64,000 nucleotides of DNA from Lachnospiraceae bacterium (GTDB lineage Bacteria; Bacillota; Clostridia; Lachnospirales; Lachnospiraceae): NCBI GenBank assembly GCA_017436865.1, contig JAFSCH010000053.1, positions 842 through 64,841 on the forward strand, written 5' to 3'. A model generated the notes under the pieces. The model had not been told where the DNA came from and did no database searches. It saw nothing but the letters and a program-made list of their open reading frames with translations. Positions 49,363-58,799 of the stretch are shown in pieces. Position numbers and translations under genes: made by a program. Position 1 is the stretch's first letter; each line of letters starts with the position of its first letter.

Positions 49363-49434
49363 AAGTTAGTATAACCTCGAATTTCTTAGTATTTTCAAGG
49401 GTTCCAAGGTTTTTACCCTAGAACCCTAACTTAT

Positions 49435-49538
49435 TATATCTTAGCATAAAATAGTATATCTTAGCCATCAAAATAGGTAAAAATCGAGGTAATTTTTTCA
49501 ATCGTACATCACACTACTTTTAAACCTATAAACTACTT
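49435..49538. repeat. direct repeats at the element end (candidate Xis and Int arm sites)
   Basis: TATATCTTAGC at 49435 and 49455; ACTACTT at 49513 and 49532. Confidence 0.55.
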
Positions 49539-49539
49539 A

Positions 49540-50820
49540 TTATAGCCCCTTTACTCTCGCTAAAGCCTGCTTCGCTTCAGCCATATCAATTACACTCATT
49601 TCTTTTTGCATTTCTTCTCTGATTTTAAGTTTTTCTAAATCATTTTTAGCATCTTCCAACTTAAAATGAGTATAGATATTAAACGTGGTCTGAATATCTG
49701 CATGTCCCATGAGATATTGTAACGTCTTAACACTAATACCACTTTTTGCCATTTTACTACAATAAGTATGACGGCATATATGTGGAGTAATCTTTGGAAG
49801 TTCTTCCTTATAAATCTTATTATACTTTTCTACTGAATACTGAAACTTCTTTTCCCAGTGATACGCTAACATAGGATTTCCTTTGTCATTTAAGAACAGA
49901 AAGCCACTATAACCATTTATGATTTTTTCGATTTTTTGCTTCTTCCTGCTAGAAATGACACGTTTAAAGGCTTCGTAAACCTCATCACTCATAGGAAGTA
50001 CTCTATTTCCCGCATTTGTCTTTGTTTTCTCAATGTATGATTTCTTCCCACCTGTATATTGTAACTGTTTATTTATATTGATTGTTCTTTCTTCTAAGTC
50101 AATATCTTTTATTGTAAGACCACATAATTCTGAAATACGCAAGCCTGTTTCAAATAGTATAAACATACCATCATAATACTGTCTGAAATGCTCATCTTCC
50201 TTGATAAATTTTAAGAAATTACGTTGTTGCTTAGCTGTCAAGGCATCTCTTTTTATAGAATCGTTAATTAAACACTCTGCAAGCGGAAAATCAAAAGGAT
50301 TTTTTACTAACCACTCATCTTCTACTGCCATTCTGAAAGCAGGTCTGACTACTCCACGGATACTATGAATAGAACTATAACTACGTCCACCCTTTTGTAA
50401 CTCACCAAGCCATTTTTTAGCATCCGAAGTCTTGATTTGATTGATATGCTTTTTTCCAAACTTATCATTTTTCAATACATTTATTACTGTCTTATAACCA
50501 TTCTTTGTTGTAGGTCTTACATTTCTTCTTATATCAACATACCTTTCTACAAGCTCTAGAACGGTTATATCCCCTGAACTATATGAAATTCCCTCACGTA
50601 TCTTTGCTTCTATTAACTTTTCTTTCTCTCTTAATGATAAGTCTACTTTTTTCCCAGCAGGAGTTTTATCTGTTTTTTCTAACTTCCAACTATAAGCATA
50701 GCTTCTCTTTTCAGTTATCGGGTCTATAAAAGTAAACATATATCTTCCGTCAGCCCTTTGTTGTTCTCCATCTTTTAAAATACGTCCTTTACTATCTTTT
50801 CTTTTTACACTTACTGCCAT
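49540..50820 (-). CDS. int: tyrosine integrase, Tn916 family
   Basis: KRKDSKGRILKDGEQQRADGRY N-terminal domain; TGLRISE, HICRHTY, LMGH, Y catalytic residues. Confidence 0.96.
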   Translation of the reverse strand: MAVSVKRKDSKGRILKDGEQQRADGRYMFTFIDPITEKRSYAYSWKLEKTDKTPAGKKVDLSLREKEKLIEAKIREGISYSSGDITVLELVERYVDIRRNVRPTTKNGYKTVINVLKNDKFGKKHINQIKTSDAKKWLGELQKGGRSYSSIHSIRGVVRPAFRMAVEDEWLVKNPFDFPLAECLINDSIKRDALTAKQQRNFLKFIKEDEHFRQYYDGMFILFETGLRISELCGLTIKDIDLEERTININKQLQYTGGKKSYIEKTKTNAGNRVLPMSDEVYEAFKRVISSRKKQKIEKIINGYSGFLFLNDKGNPMLAYHWEKKFQYSVEKYNKIYKEELPKITPHICRHTYCSKMAKSGISVKTLQYLMGHADIQTTFNIYTHFKLEDAKNDLEKLKIREEMQKEMSVIDMAEAKQALARVKGL

Positions 50821-50937
50821 TTGCTTTTCCTCCTATTAAAAAATACAATTTCGCAATTATCTATGCCCTTACCTTGGATGGGGATTGTACCGCCATCCAA
50901 AGGTAAAGTAAAGCTCAATTTAAGGTAAAATTACCTA

Positions 50938-51147
50938 TTAAATACTGCCTGTTTCATCAATGAACTGTTCAAACTGTTTTCTTTTTATCAACACCTTGAC
51001 ACCATTAGTCAAAATGTAATCAGCTGTATCATTTTCCTGTACAAGTTGTCGCATTTTCTTTTCTCCGATATTGAAATACTCACTTGCTTCTGAAATTGTT
51101 AATGTATATTTAAACCATACAGGTACATTTGTTTGTTCCTTAGTCAT
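50938..51147 (-). CDS. xis: excisionase, Tn916 family
   Basis: VPVWFKYTLTISEASEYFNIGEKKMR..VLIKRKQFE; start 51147 has RBS GGGGT. Confidence 0.93.
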   Translation of the reverse strand: MTKEQTNVPVWFKYTLTISEASEYFNIGEKKMRQLVQENDTADYILTNGVKVLIKRKQFEQFIDETGSI

Positions 51148-51157
51148 GTAATACCCC

Positions 51158-52252
51158 CTAATCTTTGTAAATATCTTTATAATCGAAGTATCTGTAATTA
51201 TGCCAATAGTCACGAATATCATCATAATTGATATACACCACTTCTACTTTACGTTTTTTCTTACCATCCTTGCCTGCTTCACAAGCTCGCTTGTCCATTA
51301 CTACCACCATGCGGAAACCACAAGGTAATAAAATCTGATTGTAATAGTCATCTTGTAAATCAAGTAAGTTACCATTTTCATCTATTTCAAAATTAGAACA
51401 TAGCATGATTTTACCTATTTCTTTACCTGACTTGATTCTATCTGCAAGGTCATGTAAAAATTCTATATGCTCTTTATCTCTTACATCAGTTGCATAGCCT
51501 GTATCTTTTTTTCTGTTATCATATATTCCACGCTTTGAAAACAAATAAGGCGGGTCAATAAAACAGAAGTTTTCCTTATGATATAAAAAGTCGAGGTTAT
51601 CAAAGAAACTGCCATTTATGATATTTAAACCTTTCCACCCCTCATAACAGTCATAAATTATCTTTGGAGCTTTCAAATAAATATTCTCGGTACGTTTATC
51701 CAGTGCATACTGTAATCGAATGCGCTCTATAGGGTCTGTATACTTATCTGAAACGACTTGCCTTTTGAATGTTTCCCCTTTTGAATTAAGAGATAACACA
51801 AGCGTTGCATACTTAGCACGAGCAACCTCAAATCTATCAAAGCCTTTACCTTTTTTGAAATTGTCAACACTTAAACTATCAATATACTCTAAGAACTCTT
51901 TACTACTATTGAAAAATTCTAATGTAGGTTCAATGGAATTGATAACTTGTATCATTTTTGCAGGATTGTCCTGTATACACTTATTTAATGTATATGTTCC
52001 TCTGTTATATTCGATAGCATTTCTGCTAACTCCACTATAATTGAAGTTAGCAGATACTACACCTGAACCCATAAAGCCATCTAACATGACCTTAAATCTA
52101 CTTTCAGGAAATAGCATACTTATACGAGGTATGTATTCTCCACGTTTTCCGCCAAAGTATGTATAACCATCTCTAAGAGGCGCACAATCTTTGAATGTGT
52201 TTCTCTCCCATAACTTAATGTTATAATCTTCTATATTGAATATATCTTTCAT
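51158..52252 (-). CDS. Dam-like (D12 class) N6-adenine DNA methyltransferase
   Basis: YFGGK, DGFMGSG (motif I), FIDPPY (motif IV), MLCSN. Confidence 0.85.
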   Translation of the reverse strand: MKDIFNIEDYNIKLWERNTFKDCAPLRDGYTYFGGKRGEYIPRISMLFPESRFKVMLDGFMGSGVVSANFNYSGVSRNAIEYNRGTYTLNKCIQDNPAKMIQVINSIEPTLEFFNSSKEFLEYIDSLSVDNFKKGKGFDRFEVARAKYATLVLSLNSKGETFKRQVVSDKYTDPIERIRLQYALDKRTENIYLKAPKIIYDCYEGWKGLNIINGSFFDNLDFLYHKENFCFIDPPYLFSKRGIYDNRKKDTGYATDVRDKEHIEFLHDLADRIKSGKEIGKIMLCSNFEIDENGNLLDLQDDYYNQILLPCGFRMVVVMDKRACEAGKDGKKKRKVEVVYINYDDIRDYWHNYRYFDYKDIYKD

Positions 52253-53110
52253 TTATGCTACCTCCTTTTTCTCTGCTTCAGCCTTTTTCTTTGCTTCAGC
52301 CTTGTTCTTTTCTTCTTCCTTTTTCTTTAAATATTCATTGTAATTATCAAAAATCAGCTCGTTTTCTTCTTTCCCGAAGTCGAAAACGTACATTTTGTCT
52401 CCATATATTTCATGCTTTGTACGATTTGGTACAGATAATGTTTTCTGCTTCGTTTTGCTGTTATCTTTTAAACACATTTTATTGTTATAGTATATATCCA
52501 AGAAAGTCTTAGGCTTATTGCATGGTGCAATCTCTTCTAATAAGGAGTTGACTGATTTGTAAGCTGTATGCTTATCTCTACCAACTACGCCTACTGTAAT
52601 CTCATTACCTATCTTTAATGCTACAATACGTCTATCCTCTGGATGGTCGAACATATGCTCTTGTAATCTATGCAATATTTCATCTGTTGTCAGCACTTCA
52701 CTGTTTCTAATGTATGAATGATTAAGTAACCTATATCTATCTATGATATTAGTCATAGTCATAATGTCCTTGAACTTATTTATATACTGACCTTCAAATC
52801 CTTCTACTCTGTCCTGAAATCTCTTACAAGCCTTTCTAATTTCATTAGTTGAAAAGAATGACTTTTCAGAATATGTTCCGAACTCTTTACCAGTAGCATC
52901 ATCCTTTTCAATGACCTGATACTTGCGGATTCCCTCGTCATTATCTTTGCATGCTCGTAACATTAAACTTGTCATTGAATACATATCTTTGCATAAGCAT
53001 ACTTCTGAAAGCTCTTTATTAAATATACAGCCCATATTTATTAGCTCCTGTCTCTTCTGTTCCTTAATGCTATCCATATTGTTGTTTGCTTCTGTATTTA
53101 TGTTCATCAT
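52253..53110 (-). CDS. hypothetical protein coupled to the methyltransferase
   Basis: RBS AGGAGG before 53110; its TAA abuts the MTase ATG. Confidence 0.8.
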   Translation of the reverse strand: MMNINTEANNNMDSIKEQKRQELINMGCIFNKELSEVCLCKDMYSMTSLMLRACKDNDEGIRKYQVIEKDDATGKEFGTYSEKSFFSTNEIRKACKRFQDRVEGFEGQYINKFKDIMTMTNIIDRYRLLNHSYIRNSEVLTTDEILHRLQEHMFDHPEDRRIVALKIGNEITVGVVGRDKHTAYKSVNSLLEEIAPCNKPKTFLDIYYNNKMCLKDNSKTKQKTLSVPNRTKHEIYGDKMYVFDFGKEENELIFDNYNEYLKKKEEEKNKAEAKKKAEAEKKEVA

Positions 53111-53608
53111 AGTAAATCCTCCTATGTAATTATCCATTTTATTGTTTCTATTTAATTAGTAAAGTTGATATTTCAAATAAATAGGGGTCAATATTTTAAC
53201 CCCCAAGTCAATTAGTTACTGATTGGGCAGACTTACCCCTATACGGGTCAGGGTACGCCTGTATGTGCTAACATAGTTTTGTAAACCTCACATATATACT
53301 TACGCCCGTATACATAAGAATGTATGTTTGGTTTTGTTCAGTTTTCAATGTCCGGAATTCAATATACTACTGTCTTACTACTCTCTACATGGCTGACTCC
53401 TTTCTTCAACTTATGAGCTTATTATACCTATATCACTTAAATTGATATAGCAATGTAGAGAATTGTATCTGTATCACAATGCATCATTTTATATCATCAT
53501 GCCCTTTGAGTCACATCACTATGTCTTTTTTCTATGTCACAATGCTCACTAAAATAAGCTTTAACAGCAGTTATATAACAAAAAAAGTACTCCAAAATTG
53601 AAGTACTT

Positions 53609-54250
53609 TTATCTTTGTAGCGCATCATATTTAATTATAATATCCATTCTATTGTATATATCTTCTAACATACTGAACACTTCTATTCGTAATTCACTTT
53701 TACACTGTTTCATTTTTTCATTTGTTATGACTGATAAACAGTTTTTTAAGTCATACATTTCTTTATCAGTTACAACTCCATCATCCGACTTCTCAAGATA
53801 TGTACAGAAGTATACTAATTTACCTATATCTGATTTATCCAGTTTATCTGCTTTTATCTTTTCTAATGCACTGTTAATCTTCCTATTATAATATGCCATA
53901 TCAGAACTTCTAGATTTGTTATGTTCTTCTTCATAACGTATACCAATATAATCTTCCCAGTCGCTTTTTTCAATATCAGGTATCTCTATCATTTTCAAAC
54001 CTATCATTATTTCTTTAGAAAGACCTATAACTTGAAGGCGGCTTGTTTTATACCCCCACCTTGATTCTAAATCTACATAATTGTATTTATCAGCTTGTCT
54101 AATGCGACTATATACATTTTGATTTAAGCCAAGTAGCTCATACAATTCTGAAATGCCCTTATCTTTTTGTTTGATTTTCCATACTCTTTCAATCGTCATA
54201 TAATTTACTTGTCTGTTAAACAATATTTCTTCTGAACTTAATTGCTCCAT
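53609..54250 (-). CDS. hypothetical protein, possible N-terminal HTH
   Basis: Likely start MEQLSS; ISELYELLGLNQNVYSRIR is HTH-like. Confidence 0.65.
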   Translation of the reverse strand: MEQLSSEEILFNRQVNYMTIERVWKIKQKDKGISELYELLGLNQNVYSRIRQADKYNYVDLESRWGYKTSRLQVIGLSKEIMIGLKMIEIPDIEKSDWEDYIGIRYEEEHNKSRSSDMAYYNRKINSALEKIKADKLDKSDIGKLVYFCTYLEKSDDGVVTDKEMYDLKNCLSVITNEKMKQCKSELRIEVFSMLEDIYNRMDIIIKYDALQR

Positions 54251-54659
54251 AATTGTACACCATCCTTTACATAAGTACAGTATACAATTATCTGTTATAA
54301 AAATCACTCTTATTTTTGTAAACATCACAAATGTTAAAAATCGCAATTTCACAATTTTGTCAACAAATCTGATTTCAGAGGTAGCGGAACGGAAACCAAT
54401 ATACTACTTCTTCATTTTCAAAAAATCTTACACCAATTTTTTATTTTGAAATTTTTTCTTATATTTTCTTTTTTCGAAAAACGCATCAAAAACGCCCTAA
54501 AATCATGAAAAAAATCCACTCTTAATCTTTTTCACTCTGAATTTCAAATTTTAATTTTAAAATTTGCTTTACAGAATAATATAAATATTAAAATTTTTTC
54601 CCAAAATCAAAATCGAATGCTATCCCTGCATTTTCTCACATTTCATACTTCAAAATTCT

Positions 54660-55582
54660 TTATTAACTACTTTTCTGTTTTTGAATGTCCTGCAACCGCA
54701 AAATCAATAAACACTTTTCATTTTTCAAATAACTACTTTCTATTTTTCATTAACTACTTTTCTGTTTTGATATGCTTCACATCTTCCGAAAAATATCATT
54801 TTCCTATTATCACATTATCAATTCTTTTTGAATGTAATCACTCATAAAATCATATTAAACATCAACATACATTTATACTGTCGAAGCCGTTTTCTAACTA
54901 CTTTACCCCCTGCTTTCTTAAATCCTATCTACTTTTCTGAAACTCATAATATCCATACCATAAATATTAACAACTCTGTTTTCTCACTAATTTACCCTCT
55001 GTATATTAAAAATCTAATCACATTATCTAATTCCATACTTGACACGTTTGTCATTTCTTTGATTGTAATTATCGGATTTATATGTCATAGCAGTTTTCTA
55101 ACTACTTTACCCCCTGTATACTTAAACCATATATCATTTATTAAAAATCCTATTCACATATAAAACCACACACTAACACATTTAGGTTATCATTACACAT
55201 TTCAATGTTATCCCTATCATCACATTAACACCTGATATGTAATTGATATTCATACATATATAACTTGATTCAAAAATCATGCCTTGAAATCCTTACACAT
55301 TAACTACTTCTATGCTATTTCTATTATCACATTAACAACTTGCTTCTACTGTAAAAAGAGATAACAAAAAAGTTGTTACTCTGCATACAGTCAAAAATCC
55401 TCTACACATTAACAACTTTTATGTTATTCCCATTATCACATATACAATTTTCTTTTACTGTTACTGATTCTATAATGCTATAAACTCTCTTGAATTAACA
55501 ACTTTTATGTCATTTTTCATTATCACATTAACTACTTCTATTATCACATATACAACTTTTATCATCACATTAAACACTTTTG
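54660..55582. repeat. non-coding array of degenerate direct repeats
   Basis: ACTACTT x7, ACAACTT x4, many ATCACAT; exact 24-bp duplicate at 54889-54912 and 55093-55116. Confidence 0.85.
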
Positions 55583-55607
55583 TATAGAATTGTACTCTTT
55601 GATATAC

Positions 55608-56012
55608 TTATGACCAATAAATTCTCTTATGCCATATTTTTAATAGCTCATTTAGAACTACTTCATCCTTATGTAGCAGACCATCATTAGGACACATGAT
55701 TCTTCCGATTGTAATAACTCCACCCTCTTCAGGTACTCCCTTTTGAATAGTATATGCGTTCATTGCTATTTGATAGTAAAACAAATCTTTTGTATGTCCT
55801 TTATTTCCTGACGGCTTATTTTTACTTAATTTGTACCTCCATTCTAAAACCTTGATAGTTTCACGCAAAGCAGACATATCACGAATTGCTTGTCTGTCAG
55901 GCATAATACAAAAATCTGCTATCTTCATACCTTGCTTTGTCAGTATCGTATATTTATCGTTTTCTCTTCCTATATTCATTTGTAACTTTTCTTCCATAAT
56001 GCTTACCTCCAT
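55608..56012 (-). CDS. hypothetical protein
   Basis: 134-aa ORF; internal RBS GGAGG suggests the start is MEEKLQ. Confidence 0.7.
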   Translation of the reverse strand: MEVSIMEEKLQMNIGRENDKYTILTKQGMKIADFCIMPDRQAIRDMSALRETIKVLEWRYKLSKNKPSGNKGHTKDLFYYQIAMNAYTIQKGVPEEGGVITIGRIMCPNDGLLHKDEVVLNELLKIWHKRIYWS

Positions 56013-56121
56013 AAATTTTTTTCTTTATACTAGAAATCATGTAAACATACATGATAAAAGACTTATTGATTTATGCTAATTCTCACAATCAATAAGTCTT
56101 TTATATTTTCTCACTTCTTTG

Positions 56122-56316
56122 TTACTGTTTCTTTTCTGATATTATGCTGTCCACTTCGTCAAGCCGCCTACTAAGCTCATAATACCAACGTATAAGAAAT
56201 AGCACCTGCTTGAAAATGTAGATAATACAGCAGATAGATAACATACAACTGGAAATATTAAACATTACTGTTACAGGGGATAAAACATAAGCTAATTCAC
56301 TCATATAATCATGCAC
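56122..56316 (-). CDS. small single-TM hypothetical protein
   Basis: Hydrophobic segment, RBS AGAGG, followed by a hairpin at about 56056-56101. Confidence 0.5.
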   Translation of the reverse strand: MHDYMSELAYVLSPVTVMFNISSCMLSICCIIYIFKQVLFLIRWYYELSRRLDEVDSIISEKKQ

Positions 56317-56819
56317 CTCTCTTTTTTTAATTGTTGGTTGATTCTAACGCCTGTCATTTGAAACCTCAATAGGCAATAGAACGGAAAAGATTGTAAAAAA
56401 TGCCCGATTAAACAAGCACTTTGATTTTATCTTATCTGTATCACAATTTTCATTTATAGGTCATCAAAAAAATGCAATTCCACAATTCCATTCCTGTAAT
56501 ATGATTTTTATAGCTGTAAGAAATAAGGTTTTTTATGTCCGGATTTCTTTTATTTTTCATAATAAAATACTCTAACCACCTTTTTAAAATTTTCTATGTA
56601 AGGAAATCTTTTTGAAAGCTTAAAATTTTTTGTAGAACTGCAAGCTCTACTTTTTTTGAATGTAATGACCTCTGAAAATCTACTACTTTTTTCTACTTAC
56701 TTTTCCTATTACTCAATTCAAAATCCTTATCCCATACCTATAAAAAGATTTATAACCTATACACATTTTGCAATGCATATAGGTTATAAACTTAGTCCGA
56801 ACTACTTATTTGCATGACA

Positions 56820-56945
56820 CTACTTACCATCCTTATGTTTCTTCAATATCTCCTCTATGCTGATTTCTTTCTTCTTAGGCACTTGCTTATTTATTCTACC
56901 TTGAAATATTATTTTTACTGTCGGCTCTTTTTTCTTCATATGCAT
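56820..56945 (-). CDS. 41-aa basic peptide
   Basis: RBS AGAGGAGAGG; MHMKKKEPTVKIIFQGRINKQVPKKKEISIEEILKKHKDGK; followed by a hairpin at 56749-56790. Confidence 0.5.
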   Translation of the reverse strand: MHMKKKEPTVKIIFQGRINKQVPKKKEISIEEILKKHKDGK

Positions 56946-57080
56946 TACCTCTCCTCTAATTAAAAATTTAAAATATATTATATATTTGCTTCTATGTCAT
57001 TTTTAATGCATAGAGGATTTTAAGGGAATGCTAATTGATTGCAAATAAAAAGGATATACACTTTGTAATGCATATCCTTT

Positions 57081-57257
57081 TTATTTTCGCCTTTGTATAA
57101 AATTGTTAAGTGAAGTGTTTAAACCTATGCTTGCTATTCCATATAACATTATGTATTTTTCATTATTCATTATAGGTAGTTTCCCCTTCCAAGTACATTT
57201 TATACTTAAGGAATAGTATACCTTATTTTTATGTTTATGCCTATGCTTTTTATTCAT
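57081..57257 (-). CDS. 58-aa basic peptide
   Basis: RBS AGGAG; MNKKHRHKHKNKVYYSLSIKCTWKG...; followed by a hairpin at 57047-57082. Confidence 0.4.
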   Translation of the reverse strand: MNKKHRHKHKNKVYYSLSIKCTWKGKLPIMNNEKYIMLYGIASIGLNTSLNNFIQRRK

Positions 57258-57447
57258 GTATTTATATCTCCTATCTTATTGTTATTTATCTTAAAAATTT
57301 TAATAATAAATTATATTTACTTATTATTTATAAGATTAGGATTATGTATTTAATTTGAAAGTGAGTGTTTTGATTGTAAGAAAAAAGAAGTACATCGAGG
57401 AGATGTACTTCTTTGATGATTTATGATTGTTGTTGATTGAATTGTTG

Positions 57448-58503
57448 TTATTTGATTGTTACAGGAGTATAACGGGAACCATTGATTTTTTGTAAAATTG
57501 TATCCCAGCTATCTTCATCATATCTGTAATACTTAATATTTAATGCTTCAGTAATACATTTAGCATTGAGTTCCCATTCTGTTATATTAGGATAGCAACT
57601 TAATTTACTGTTAATTCTCATTTGAGTAGTAGCTGCAGATTCATTAACCATTGAAGGCTTTTCTGTACATTTACAGATACCTAATTTATGCTTAACTTCT
57701 GTATATGAAATGTTTAAGAGGGAATTGTAATAATGGTAGCCATCTGGGATGTAAACATTTCCATTTGCATCTAAACCAAATACATCGAAGTACATACGGT
57801 CACCTAAAGGTGATATGATTGCAAGGATGTTTGTACCTACATTGAATGTAGGAGAGTTCTGACCGTTTACGATAATTGCATAGTTGTATGTTGTTCTGTA
57901 GTATGCCTGATAATCAATACCATTAGAAGCTGTACCTAATTTTGAAAGCCATTCATCATATGATATGATACCTGCTTTTCTCTGACGAGTAAGTTCCTTA
58001 CCTGCTTCATTGTAACCATTACCTGCTGATGCTTCATATACTAATTTTGTAGGGTCAAGGACACCACCTATTGTATAATCTCCAAGATAGTTGACTGTTT
58101 CTACCATTTGCGTACTGAAGTATTCATTAGGATAATTTATACAGCTATGTGTACTTGTATATGACATAGGCTGATAAGGTATAGCATCTAACCCTCTCTT
58201 ACTAAGCTCTAAATCACCATCACCATACGGGTCATCAATTTCAGGGATGACTGATAAGGTTGAAGCTACTAAACCTTGAATCTGCTCAGGAGTTAAATCA
58301 ACTCGCTGAGGAATATGATTTGATTGCTCTACCTCTGTTACTGTGTACTCAACACCTAATCTCATAGGGTCTTTATAGGTATAAATCTTTGCAGGCTGTA
58401 ATAGAAAAGGGTCTAATGCGGCATTTGCTGTTATTGATGGAGTACTGGAGAGTACTAAGGTTAAGGCTAAGACACCTGATAGGGTTTTTAAAATTTTTTT
58501 CAT
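57448..58503 (-). CDS. secreted hypothetical protein
   Basis: RBS AAGGAAG; signal peptide MKKILKTLSGVLALTLVLSSTPSITANA. Confidence 0.8.
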   Translation of the reverse strand: MKKILKTLSGVLALTLVLSSTPSITANAALDPFLLQPAKIYTYKDPMRLGVEYTVTEVEQSNHIPQRVDLTPEQIQGLVASTLSVIPEIDDPYGDGDLELSKRGLDAIPYQPMSYTSTHSCINYPNEYFSTQMVETVNYLGDYTIGGVLDPTKLVYEASAGNGYNEAGKELTRQRKAGIISYDEWLSKLGTASNGIDYQAYYRTTYNYAIIVNGQNSPTFNVGTNILAIISPLGDRMYFDVFGLDANGNVYIPDGYHYYNSLLNISYTEVKHKLGICKCTEKPSMVNESAATTQMRINSKLSCYPNITEWELNAKCITEALNIKYYRYDEDSWDTILQKINGSRYTPVTIK

Positions 58504-58799
58504 GTTTACTACTTCCTTTCTTTTGTTAGGATTTGTTTTTTGATGTTGCATTGTTTTCTGTTATGCTTTCTGCCTGTATTCAATTTTTATTAGTTTTTCC
58601 CTTAATGCTTTTCAACATCTTTCTTTTTCTCTCTATTAAACATTATAACGCTAAACAATTTTAGAAATCAATGCTATATATTTGTTTTTAACAGATGTTT
58701 TTTACTTATGTATGCAAAAAAAGAAAAAGAACATGCAATTTTGTTTTCTGCACGTCCTTTTCCTTTTTGTAATTTAATTTATTCTATATAAAGATGTAA

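Noticed and set aside
54660-55582. CRISPR array, and ORFs 54617-54847 and 54828-55163
   Set aside because: No constant repeat-spacer period and no cas genes; the ORFs lack an RBS and reflect low complexity
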